From: a bacterium
GTDB lineage: Bacteria; Zhuqueibacterota; Zhuqueibacteria; Residuimicrobiales; Residuimicrobiaceae
DNA length: 64,000 nt
Assembly: GCA_029554865.1 (NCBI GenBank)
Contig: JAKPUX010000228.1
Location: 25,883-89,882, forward strand
Direction of reading: 5' to 3'
The translations under genes and the position numbers were made by a program. Shown here in pieces: positions 10,465-19,450 of this stretch (position 1 is the first letter of the stretch; each line of letters starts with the position of its first letter). The notes beneath the pieces were generated by a model. The model was not told where the DNA came from. It did no database searches and was given only the letters and a program-made list of their open reading frames with translations.

Positions 10465-10803
10465 TCAGTTAAAGCTATTAATGGCCTCCGTCACCGCATC
10501 ATACTGCTGAAAAACGGTATCCAGGCGTGCGATTTCCATCGGGCGGCGCAGCCGCTCCGAGATGCTTGCGAGGCGGAGATCGCCGCTGCTGCTGCGCAGG
10601 CTGATCAGGGCGCGGATGAGCATGCCCAGACCCGAGCTGTTCATCCAGCGCACGCGGCTGAGATCGGCGACGACCTGAATCTGCTCCCGTTCAATGGCTG
10701 CGAGGATCTCTTTCTGAAAGGCCTCTGCCTCGGGTCCGCCCATCAGATCACCCTCGAGGGCAAAGATCAGCACGCCCGATTCCACTTTTTTTTCAATCTC
10801 CAT
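10465..10803 (-). CDS. STAS-domain anti-sigma-factor antagonist (SpoIIAA-like)
   Basis: 112 aa; STAS fold signature with conserved phosphorylatable Ser region (DLSRVRWMNSSGLGMLI). Confidence 0.7.
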   Translation of the reverse strand: MEIEKKVESGVLIFALEGDLMGGPEAEAFQKEILAAIEREQIQVVADLSRVRWMNSSGLGMLIRALISLRSSSGDLRLASISERLRRPMEIARLDTVFQQYDAVTEAINSFN

Positions 10804-10830
10804 ACGGCCTCCTCTTCCCGGTTGCGGGGA

Positions 10831-12057
10831 CTATTCGTAACGCAATGCTGTGATGGGATCCATTCTTGCCGCTTTCAAGGCCGGGTAGACCCCGAAAACG
10901 AGACCGACAAAAGAGCAGAAAATCAATCCGAGAAAGACCGTCCAGACCGGCACGGCGGCGGGGATGGGGGTGAGGGCATCGACCAGTTTGCCGATGCCAA
11001 GTCCCAGCATGATGCCGATGAGGCCACCCAACTCACTGAGGACGATCGCTTCGATGAGAAATTGCCAAAGGATGTCGGAGCGTTTGGCCCCGACCGACTT
11101 GCGAATGCCGATTTCACGCGTTCGTTCGGTTACCGAAACCAGCATGATGTTCATGATGCCGACTCCCGCAACCAGCAGCGAGATCGAGGCAATGGCAATG
11201 GCGACGATGCGGACATATTTGGTAATGTTGTCGAAGAACCCGGTGATGGTTTCATTTGAATAGATTTCAAAATCATTTTCAATCCCGGGTTTGACCTTGC
11301 GCTGCGTCCTCATCACACCGATGGTCTGCTCTGTGGCGGTTTCAACCAGGGCGGGTGTGGCGGCCTGGACGGTGATGTTGATCGAGCGCTCCTTGCCGTA
11401 CAACCTCGTGAACTGGAAAAAGGGGATCGCTATTCTGTTGTCCTGGCTCTGGCCGAAAGCGCTGCCCTTCTTTTCAAAGATGCCGACTACCTCGAATCTC
11501 CGTCCCATGAGTTTGATGTCCTTGCCGAGCGGATCTTCGAAAGGAAAGAGTTTGTCGACGACATCTGCGCCAATGACCGTAACCGCGACGTTGAGGTCGA
11601 CATCCTCGGCGGTGATAAAGCGGCCTTCAGCGATCTCGAGCCCGTTGTTCTCGAGAAATTCCGGCGTCACTCCGGCGAGTTGGATGTTGGGCAGGGTCTT
11701 GCGATCTTTGTAGCGGAGTTCCGCCCCCCAGTTCCAGACCTCGGCGCCGACAGCTTTGGCTGCAGTCACCCGTTCGCGTACCGCAAGTGCGTCCGCATAG
11801 GTGATGTCCTTGCGGTTGCGGTATTTATCATGGTCATGCGGCCCCATGTTGATCGCCGGAAATTTCTGCACCTGGAAGACACTGCTGCCGAGAGAGCTGA
11901 CCTGCTCGTTGATGCTCTTGCGCAGCCCGGTGATCAGGGATTGCATGGCGATGATGGTCATGACCCCGATGATGATGCCCAGCAGGGTCAGCAGCGAACG
12001 CATCTTGTTGCTGCGAAAAGCGGAGAGGGCGAGGTGAAATGTATCGGTTAATACCAT
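10831..12057 (-). CDS. ABC transporter permease, FtsX/MacB family
   Basis: 408 aa; N-terminal TM, large periplasmic domain, C-terminal FtsX 3-TM bundle ending ...PALKAARMDPITALRYE. Confidence 0.85.
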   Translation of the reverse strand: MVLTDTFHLALSAFRSNKMRSLLTLLGIIIGVMTIIAMQSLITGLRKSINEQVSSLGSSVFQVQKFPAINMGPHDHDKYRNRKDITYADALAVRERVTAAKAVGAEVWNWGAELRYKDRKTLPNIQLAGVTPEFLENNGLEIAEGRFITAEDVDLNVAVTVIGADVVDKLFPFEDPLGKDIKLMGRRFEVVGIFEKKGSAFGQSQDNRIAIPFFQFTRLYGKERSINITVQAATPALVETATEQTIGVMRTQRKVKPGIENDFEIYSNETITGFFDNITKYVRIVAIAIASISLLVAGVGIMNIMLVSVTERTREIGIRKSVGAKRSDILWQFLIEAIVLSELGGLIGIMLGLGIGKLVDALTPIPAAVPVWTVFLGLIFCSFVGLVFGVYPALKAARMDPITALRYE

Positions 12058-12079
12058 CGTTCAGCCTGCATATAAAGAG

Positions 12080-13312
12080 TCATTCATAACGCAAGGCCTC
12101 GATGGGATTGAGCCGGGCCGCCTTGCTGGCCGGATAGATCCCGAAAAAGAGGCCGATGGTGACCACAAAGACCAAACCGAGAAAAGCGACCCACCAGGTG
12201 ATGGCCGCGGGCAAGGGGGTTGTAGCGGCGACAAGTTTGGCAATGCCCACCGCCATCAGGATGCCGATGAGGACGCCAATCGAGCAGATCATCATCGATT
12301 CGACCAGGAACTGCCAGAGGATGTCCGAATTGCGCGCGCCCAGGGCCTTGCGTACCCCGATCTCACGCGTCCGCTCCGTCACGGAGACCAGGAGGATATT
12401 CATGATGCCGATGCCGCCGACGATCAGGGAGATGGCCCCGACGCCGATGGCCACCGCCCAGAGGGTGCCGGTGAGCTGATTGTAGGTATCCAGGAGCAGA
12501 CTTTGTTTGTTGATGGCGAAATTGCTCTCCTTCTCCGGAGTCAGTTTGCGGATACGGCGCATGATGCCGGTGAGTTCGTCTTCGGTCTCCTCAATCAGCT
12601 GCGGAGATTTGGCTTTGACCTCAATGGTGACCCAGCGGCGCTGCGCCCCGAAGGCGGACTGGAAGGTGCCGATCGGGATGATGGCCAGGATGTCCTGGTT
12701 GAATCCCATAAAAGAGCCCTTCTTGCCGAGTACACCGATGACGCGGAACTTACGGCCGCCGATGGTGACGCGCTTGCCGAGGGGATCGGATTGACCGAAG
12801 AGCAGCTCGGCCACTTCACTGCCGAGCACCGCGACGGGCCGGTTGCTGGCGACATCGTTAGCGCTGAAGAAACGGCCGATCTCTGGATCGGCATTGGCGG
12901 TGGTCAGGTACTCAGCGGTGGTGCCGGTGATGCTGACACGCTCGACCGTTTTCTCGCGGTGCTTGATGGTGCGGCTGGTTTCGACTGTCGGAGCCACAGC
13001 CGAGACCGTGCGGGAGAGCTCTTTCACCCTATCGGCCTCGTCCACGGTGATATTGGGCCGGTTGCGGTACTTGAACCAGTCGTCGCCCTGCATGGTCCAG
13101 GGAAATTTCTGGATATAGACCGTGTCGGTGCCGAGGGCGGAGATCTCGCTGGAAAAGGCCTGATTCAGGCCCTGGATCAGGGCGACGATGGTGATCACCG
13201 TGGTGACGCCGATGACAATGCCCAGGGTGGTCAGTATTGAACGCATCTTGTAGGCGCGCAAGGCGTCATAGGCGATGCGGATGCCCTCCCACATGTAAAT
13301 CAGAATTCGCAT
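12080..13312 (-). CDS. ABC transporter permease, FtsX/MacB family (paralog)
   Basis: 410 aa; same architecture, C-terminus ...PASKAARLNPIEALRYE. Confidence 0.85.
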   Translation of the reverse strand: MRILIYMWEGIRIAYDALRAYKMRSILTTLGIVIGVTTVITIVALIQGLNQAFSSEISALGTDTVYIQKFPWTMQGDDWFKYRNRPNITVDEADRVKELSRTVSAVAPTVETSRTIKHREKTVERVSITGTTAEYLTTANADPEIGRFFSANDVASNRPVAVLGSEVAELLFGQSDPLGKRVTIGGRKFRVIGVLGKKGSFMGFNQDILAIIPIGTFQSAFGAQRRWVTIEVKAKSPQLIEETEDELTGIMRRIRKLTPEKESNFAINKQSLLLDTYNQLTGTLWAVAIGVGAISLIVGGIGIMNILLVSVTERTREIGVRKALGARNSDILWQFLVESMMICSIGVLIGILMAVGIAKLVAATTPLPAAITWWVAFLGLVFVVTIGLFFGIYPASKAARLNPIEALRYE

Positions 13313-13324
13313 AGGGCGCCCTTA

Positions 13325-14005
13325 TCAATGGACCGATTCATCGCGCTCGACCATACCGTCGCGCAGGCGGATGATGCGATTGGAGTGTTCAGCGATATAC
13401 TCCTCATGAGTGACCAGAATGATGGTGTTACCCTGTTCATGCAGGCCTTCAAAGATCTCCATGATCTCGTCGCCGGTGCGGCTGTCGAGATTGCCCGTCG
13501 GCTCGTCGGCCAGGATGATCGATGGACGATTGACCAGAGCGCGGGCGATGGCAACACGCTGGCGCTGACCGCCCGAGAGCTCGTTGGGCTTGTGGTGCAT
13601 GCGATCGGCCAGGCCGACCTTCTCCAGGGCCTCCTCCGCCATCTTGCGGCGCCCGGCCGCCGGGGTGCCGTTGTAGATCATCGGCAGCTCGACATTGTGC
13701 AGTGCGGAGGCGCGCGGCAGCAGGTTGAAGGTCTGGAAGACAAAACCGATCTCGCGGTTGCGGATCTCGGCGAGCTGGTCATCATCCATGGTGCTCACAT
13801 TGTGCTGATTGAGCAAATAGTCCCCGCTCGAAGGCGTATCGAGGCAGCCGATGATGTTCATCAGGGTCGATTTGCCCGAGCCCGAGGGCCCCATGATGGC
13901 GATATATTCATTCTTTTCGACATTGAGATTGATGCCGCGCAGTGCGGGGACCTGCACAGTGCCGATCTCGTAAATTTTTTCAATCTTTTCAAGCTTGATT
14001 AACAT
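13325..14005 (-). CDS. ABC transporter ATP-binding protein (MacB/LolD-type)
   Basis: 226 aa; Walker [13 protein letters not shown] signature [15 protein letters not shown], Walker [12 protein letters not shown]. Confidence 0.9.
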   Translation of the reverse strand: MLIKLEKIEKIYEIGTVQVPALRGINLNVEKNEYIAIMGPSGSGKSTLMNIIGCLDTPSSGDYLLNQHNVSTMDDDQLAEIRNREIGFVFQTFNLLPRASALHNVELPMIYNGTPAAGRRKMAEEALEKVGLADRMHHKPNELSGGQRQRVAIARALVNRPSIILADEPTGNLDSRTGDEIMEIFEGLHEQGNTIILVTHEEYIAEHSNRIIRLRDGMVERDESVH

Positions 14006-14015
14006 GCAGGGTTCC

Positions 14016-15260
14016 TCACTTGTTCTTGTCGTCAGTCTCTTTGCCCGCTGCCTTTTTCTCCTTCACCTGGCTGCCATCCTTGAGCAGCCTGGAGATGGCC
14101 TTGTAGCTTCCGGTTACGATCTTCTGGCCTTCGCTCAGCCCCGAGATGATCTCGATGTTGTTGTCATCGCTGATGCCGGTCTTGACCGGCACCGCTTTTA
14201 CCGTGCCGCTGTTGACGACGAAAACCACCTCAGTCATCTCGTCCTTCTCGTCTTCCTTCTTCTCGCCCGACTCGGTGGGCGGATTCCCGGATTTACGCTT
14301 CCCTCCCACATTCCTGAGCGAATCGGCCTTGAGGTCGCGGGCAGTGACTGCCTGGATGGGTACGTTGAGAACCTGGGGGCGGGTCTCGGTGAGGATATCC
14401 ACAGTGGCGGACATGCCGGGGCGCAGCAAGTCGACGTTGGAGGTGATGCCGATCTTGACGTCGAAATTGGTCACCTGTTCCTGGGTCCCCGCCCCGGTGG
14501 TGGTGGCGACGTGGGCGATCTCGGTGACCTTGCCCTGGAAGGTGGTGTCGCGAATGGCGTCGACCTCGATTGTGGTCTTGTCGCCGAGATGAAGCAGTAC
14601 AACCTCATTCTCGTCGATTTCGGAGAGGACCTCCATATCCTTGAGGTTGGCGAGATTCATGATGATATCAGCCTGGAACTGCGAGCCCACCGCGATTTCA
14701 CCCTCCTCCTTGTTGAGCTTGGTGACCGTGCCGTCAATGGGTGAGGTCAGTCGGGTTTTGCCGAGGTCATCCATCGCCTGTTTGAGGGCGGCCCGCGTCT
14801 GGTCGAGGCTGCTCGCCGCCGACTGCCGGGTGGCTTCCGCAGCGTCGAGCTCGGCCTGCGAGGCGAGGTTTTTCCCGAAAAGATCCTTGATACGGGCATA
14901 ATCGGCATCGGCCTTTTTCACCCCCGCCTTTGCCGAAGTGAGTTGCGACTGGATCTGCTCGACATAGGCCGCAAGGCTTTCACGGTCCAGTTCGACCAGA
15001 AGCTGACCCTGCTTCACGGCATCCCCCTCCTTGACGTGGATCTTTTTAATCTCGGCGGAGATGCGGGCAGCGATCTTGATGTCGGTTACCGGCTGGATTT
15101 TGCCCGACCCGGAAACCGTCCGGCTGATATCCCCCCGTTTGACCTCGGCTGAGGTGATTTCGATGACTTCACCGCGGCTTTTACGCAGGTTGACCAGGAC
15201 CATCGCTGCGATGATGGTGACAGCGGCCACAGCGATGATGATTTTCATTTTATTGGACAT
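14016..15260 (-). CDS. efflux periplasmic adaptor subunit (HlyD/MacA family)
   Basis: 414 aa; N-terminal TM anchor, coiled-coil hairpin, lipoyl and beta-barrel regions typical of membrane fusion proteins. Confidence 0.85.
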   Translation of the reverse strand: MSNKMKIIIAVAAVTIIAAMVLVNLRKSRGEVIEITSAEVKRGDISRTVSGSGKIQPVTDIKIAARISAEIKKIHVKEGDAVKQGQLLVELDRESLAAYVEQIQSQLTSAKAGVKKADADYARIKDLFGKNLASQAELDAAEATRQSAASSLDQTRAALKQAMDDLGKTRLTSPIDGTVTKLNKEEGEIAVGSQFQADIIMNLANLKDMEVLSEIDENEVVLLHLGDKTTIEVDAIRDTTFQGKVTEIAHVATTTGAGTQEQVTNFDVKIGITSNVDLLRPGMSATVDILTETRPQVLNVPIQAVTARDLKADSLRNVGGKRKSGNPPTESGEKKEDEKDEMTEVVFVVNSGTVKAVPVKTGISDDNNIEIISGLSEGQKIVTGSYKAISRLLKDGSQVKEKKAAGKETDDKNK

Positions 15261-15293
15261 GAGGAGACTCCCTATCAGACTGGCTGGGTTTGT

Positions 15294-16670
15294 TCACAAT
15301 CCGGCTTCGGCGGCGCCCATGGCCGTCTCCAGCCGGGCTCTCGCAATCTTGGCTTCATATTCGGCGTTGACCAGGTTGGCCTGGGCGCGGGTCAGCTCGA
15401 CCTGGGCCTGGGTCACCTCCAACTCCGTGCCGGAACCGACGCGGCGCTTTTCCTGCTGCAGGCGCAGGTTCTCGCGAGCGGCCTCGATGTTCTGCTGGTT
15501 GATCTCGATGAAATCCTTGTAGGCCTCGAGCTGCAGGAAATACTGCTTGACCTGAGCGGTGAGGAGGCGCTTCTGCTCGGCCAGATTCTCTTCGTCGATC
15601 TGGTAGTTCAGTTTGGCGCGCTGTACGCCGGCCTTGTCGGAGAGGCCGTTGAAGATGTTCAGGTCGATCCCCACGCCCAGGGTAGCGCTGAAATCCTGGT
15701 CCAGGTTGCTCGAGAAGACGCGGCTGAGATCCTCGTTAGAACGGCCATAGCTGATGCTCCCCCCGATGCTGGGGGCATAGCGCATCTGCGCCATCTTGAG
15801 GTTGAAGAGGCTGGCCCGGGACTGATATTCATAGGCCTTGAGAGCGGCGTTGTTCTTGATTGCTTCATTAGCGGCATCGGCGAAGGTGATGGCCGGGAAG
15901 ATGGGCTGGCTCTCATCCTCGCGCACGCTGACCGGAATGTCAGGATTGCGGCCGAGGGCATTGTTAAGGTCGGCCCGAGCCGCGTCAACCGTGTTCTGCT
16001 GGTTGATCAGGGTGGAGCGGGAGGAGCCGAGGGTGACCCTGGCCTGAAAGACCTCAGACTGGGAGGAGATGCCGATCTCCATCATGGTCTGGGCGCGCTG
16101 AACCTCCTCTTCGGCCAGCCGGACAGCCTCCTGATAGACCTGTTCAAGCTTGATCGCCTTGAGCAGATTGTAGTAGGCGTCCTTGACGTTGTAGATGACC
16201 ATCTGGCGGGTGTTCTCCATGGTCTGGGCGCTCGCCTGCTTGTTGGCCTTGGCCGACTTGATGCTGTACAGGGTCTGGCCGAAATCGAAGATGTTCTGGT
16301 TAAGCGAAATGCGCGCGGAATGGTTGTTGCGCTCGGTCTGCTCCTGGTAGATCTCCTGCTGGGTGTAGATGGTGCGCCCGGTGACGGGATCGATCCCCGT
16401 GGGCACGTCGGCGATATCAACGCGCGCGCCCTGGATGTAGCGGCCGGTGTTGAAGGAGCTGTTGATCTGGGGCAGCCAGGCGGCGGTGGCCGTGGTGACA
16501 TTGGTCCCGGCGATCTCCATGCTTTTGTGGGCGACGCGCAGGGTGGAATTGTTCTCCAGGGCGATGGCGATGCACTGCTGCAGGGTCAAGGGCTCCGGCG
16601 CCGGCTCCTGGGCGAAGGCGCTGCCCAGACCCAGCAGAATGAGAAGAATCAGCGAAGTGAACTTGTTCAT
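15294..16670 (-). CDS. tolC: TolC-family outer membrane efflux protein
   Basis: Signal peptide MNKFTSLILLILLGLGSAFAQ (start moved to the internal Met at 16670; the ORF extends to 16778) plus two TolC-like coiled-coil/beta repeats. Confidence 0.8.
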   Translation of the reverse strand: MNKFTSLILLILLGLGSAFAQEPAPEPLTLQQCIAIALENNSTLRVAHKSMEIAGTNVTTATAAWLPQINSSFNTGRYIQGARVDIADVPTGIDPVTGRTIYTQQEIYQEQTERNNHSARISLNQNIFDFGQTLYSIKSAKANKQASAQTMENTRQMVIYNVKDAYYNLLKAIKLEQVYQEAVRLAEEEVQRAQTMMEIGISSQSEVFQARVTLGSSRSTLINQQNTVDAARADLNNALGRNPDIPVSVREDESQPIFPAITFADAANEAIKNNAALKAYEYQSRASLFNLKMAQMRYAPSIGGSISYGRSNEDLSRVFSSNLDQDFSATLGVGIDLNIFNGLSDKAGVQRAKLNYQIDEENLAEQKRLLTAQVKQYFLQLEAYKDFIEINQQNIEAARENLRLQQEKRRVGSGTELEVTQAQVELTRAQANLVNAEYEAKIARARLETAMGAAEAGL

Positions 16671-16705
16671 GAAAGGTACTCCCGTTGGAAGCGATTGGTT
16701 AGAGC

Positions 16706-17434
16706 CTATGAGAAGAGGCCGCCCATGGCCGCGGATCCCAGATACCAAAGGACCAGCAGTCCGACCACTAGTGGCCACACTTTTTTAACCTTGAGCCCGG
16801 CGACCACGGCGATGCCGATACAGAGCACGCCGATGTACCAGATGTTGAAGAGGTCGGTGTTCATCAGGAACTTGTAGATAAAGCTCTCCCTGGCCGAGTC
16901 GGGCATGAAAGTGGCCAGGCTGAAGTGGACATTCATGGTCTCCTTGAAGCGCATGATCGGCGCCTTGAGCAGCATACCCACCGAGGGGATGAGCATACTC
17001 AGGGAGACCACCTCGAGCATGTGCTTGTAGGTGGTGGTGCCGCCGAGGAGGGTGCGGGCGACGAAAAGCCATACCCCGCCCATCACGAGAATGACCGCCA
17101 GGCCGCCGATGAGGGCGGAACCGTACATGACGTATTTCATCACCGGGCTGTTGATTCTCTCGATGGCGCTGTCGATCTGCTCCTGGTCCAGGCCGCGATT
17201 CTCCATCTGGGTGACCATCTTTTCGTGCTGCTCCTTCTGGATGGCGGGGGCGATATAGATGGTCATGATCAGCGAAAGCAGCAGCACGAGCACGGTGGGG
17301 GCGATCCAGCGCGGATTTTCACGCACAGCCGCAAAACTCTTGCTCGGGGCCGCAAAGACATTGATAATGCGCTGCAGCAGACCCATGTTGCCCTCACTGG
17401 CGGAGGGGACGCCCGAAGTGGAATACTCTTGCAT
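16706..17434 (-). CDS. Yip1-domain integral membrane protein
   Basis: 242 aa with about 5 TM helices and a Yip1-like topology; function unknown. Confidence 0.5.
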   Translation of the reverse strand: MQEYSTSGVPSASEGNMGLLQRIINVFAAPSKSFAAVRENPRWIAPTVLVLLLSLIMTIYIAPAIQKEQHEKMVTQMENRGLDQEQIDSAIERINSPVMKYVMYGSALIGGLAVILVMGGVWLFVARTLLGGTTTYKHMLEVVSLSMLIPSVGMLLKAPIMRFKETMNVHFSLATFMPDSARESFIYKFLMNTDLFNIWYIGVLCIGIAVVAGLKVKKVWPLVVGLLVLWYLGSAAMGGLFS

Positions 17435-17504
17435 GGTGAGGCCTCCAATGTGATGTAAAAAGCAACTAATAACAAAGACGTATCATGGGTGTAAAAGTTT
17501 CGCT

Positions 17505-18917
17505 TTATTCGCCCGGCCCGGCGATAAGTTCGTCCTTCCGTTCCATCATGTAAGTAAAGGCGGCATCGTGGTCGTTCGGGATCACCCCCTCCAGGATGGC
17601 CTCCTCGATGGCCTTTTTGATCTTGCCCACCGCGGGACCCGGCTGCAGATCGAGGGTCGCCATGATCTCTTCGCCGCGGACCGGGGGCTGGAAAGCCCGC
17701 AGACGGTCCCTCTCCTCAACCTCCTGCATGCGCTCGACCACGAGGTCGAAATTGGCCAAATGGCTGGCCACGCGTTTTGGGTTGCCGGAGGTGATGTCCG
17801 CACGGCAGAGGGTGATGAGATCATCGAGCTCGGCCCCGCCGAGAAAGATGAGGCGGCGGATGGCCGAATCGGTCACCCCCTCCTCGGCGAGATGGATGGG
17901 ACGGAGATGGAGCCGGATCAGCTTTTGCGCATAATCGATCATCTCCTGGGAGAGGCGGAGCCGCCTGCCGATGGCCGGCAGCATGCGGGCCCCCAGTTCC
18001 TCATGGCCGTGAAAGCTCCAGCCCACACCGGGCTTGAACTCTTTGGTCTGGGGCTTGGCGACATCGTGATACAGCGCAGCCAGGCGCAGGCCGGGATGGT
18101 CCGAGACCCGCGCCACATTGTCGACCACCTTGAGGGTGTGCTCGAAGACATCCTTGTGGCGGTAGCCGGCGACCTGGTCGACCCCCTTGAGGGCGCTGAT
18201 CTCGGGCAGGATCAGATCGAGCACCCCGGTGTCGTTCATGAGGTGGAAGCCGAGCGAGGGCTTTGTGCTGGCGAGGATTTTCATGAGCTCCTCGCTGATG
18301 CGCTCCTGGGTGATGATGCGCAGCCGCTCCCGTTCGGCGGCGATGGCCTCCAGGGTGACGGGTTCGATGTCAAACTGGAGCTGGGCAGCGAAACGGATAG
18401 CGCGCAGGATGCGCAGGGGATCATCGCTGAAGGTCCGGCGCGGCTCCAGGGGGGTGCGGATGATGCCGGCTTTCAGGTCGGCGCGGCCGTCATAGGGATC
18501 AATGAGCTCGCCCCGGTCGGCGGGATTGAGGCTGACGGCGATGGCGTTGATGGTAAAGTCGCGGCGGGCGAGATCGGTGAGCAGATCAGCGCTGCTGACC
18601 TCGGGGTTGCGCGACTCGCCGCGATAACTCTCTTTACGCGCCCCGACCACCTCAATGACTGTACTGCGGTGGCGGATCATGGCGGTGCCGAATTTCTTGT
18701 AGACCGTGACATTTTTCACCCGCAGGCGGTCGGCGAGCAGGCGGGCGAAGGCCGGACCCTCTCCAACCACGACAATGTCGATATCCTTGCCCTGCTTGCC
18801 CAGGAGCAGATCGCGGACATAGCCGCCGACGGCGTAGGCGGGGATAGCGGAGCGCTCCGCCACCTCACCGATAATTTTTATCAGAGCGGTGTCGAAAAGT
18901 CTGTTATTCTTTTTCAT
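17505..18917 (-). CDS. cca: CCA tRNA nucleotidyltransferase / poly(A) polymerase family protein with HD domain
   Basis: 470 aa; PolyA_pol head domain GGYVRDLLLGKQGKDIDIVV and C-terminal HD-domain histidines. Confidence 0.8.
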   Translation of the reverse strand: MKKNNRLFDTALIKIIGEVAERSAIPAYAVGGYVRDLLLGKQGKDIDIVVVGEGPAFARLLADRLRVKNVTVYKKFGTAMIRHRSTVIEVVGARKESYRGESRNPEVSSADLLTDLARRDFTINAIAVSLNPADRGELIDPYDGRADLKAGIIRTPLEPRRTFSDDPLRILRAIRFAAQLQFDIEPVTLEAIAAERERLRIITQERISEELMKILASTKPSLGFHLMNDTGVLDLILPEISALKGVDQVAGYRHKDVFEHTLKVVDNVARVSDHPGLRLAALYHDVAKPQTKEFKPGVGWSFHGHEELGARMLPAIGRRLRLSQEMIDYAQKLIRLHLRPIHLAEEGVTDSAIRRLIFLGGAELDDLITLCRADITSGNPKRVASHLANFDLVVERMQEVEERDRLRAFQPPVRGEEIMATLDLQPGPAVGKIKKAIEEAILEGVIPNDHDAAFTYMMERKDELIAGPGE

Positions 18918-19450
18918 TTTTATGTAATTTAGTAGGGATTCCGGCGGCCCGGCAGCCTGAGAGCGGCCGTCAGAGGGTCAGTTATAATGTACAAATTCGG
19001 GGGTGAAAATAAAAGCCAAAAGCGCGAGTACCCGGCTGGTATTTGACCGAAATGGTGTAATTCCAGCCAGATGACCGCGACTGCAGCGAGCGCTGTCCGC
19101 CGGCCGGGGGGAGATGTTTCATGGCCGTACAATGTTTCACCAGAACACGAATGCGGGGGGTGGCGTTGAATAATTGGCTTTAAATCGCCATAAATGATGG
19201 GGTTGGCCGGGATCAGGGTGGCCAGGTTAAATCATTAAATAACAATAGAAGCATGCTGCGTTTGCTCAGCCATTGTGACGGAAATCTCAATTGCCGGTGA
19301 AAAATACGGACGATGTCAAACATGGCATTGAATTTGCGATCAAGCCTGCAGTCCATATTATGCTGGCAATATTGCGGCGCCCGGCTTTCGGGCTGCAAAA
19401 CCGGGTGCGGCACAGGGCCGTCATCAAAAAAGAACCAAATGGAGGCGAAA

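Noticed and set aside
17568-18932. 454-aa plus-strand ORF antisense to the CCA-adding enzyme gene
   Set aside because: The minus-strand frame carries clear PolyA_pol and HD motifs. The plus frame is low-complexity (GD/GL/AE-rich).
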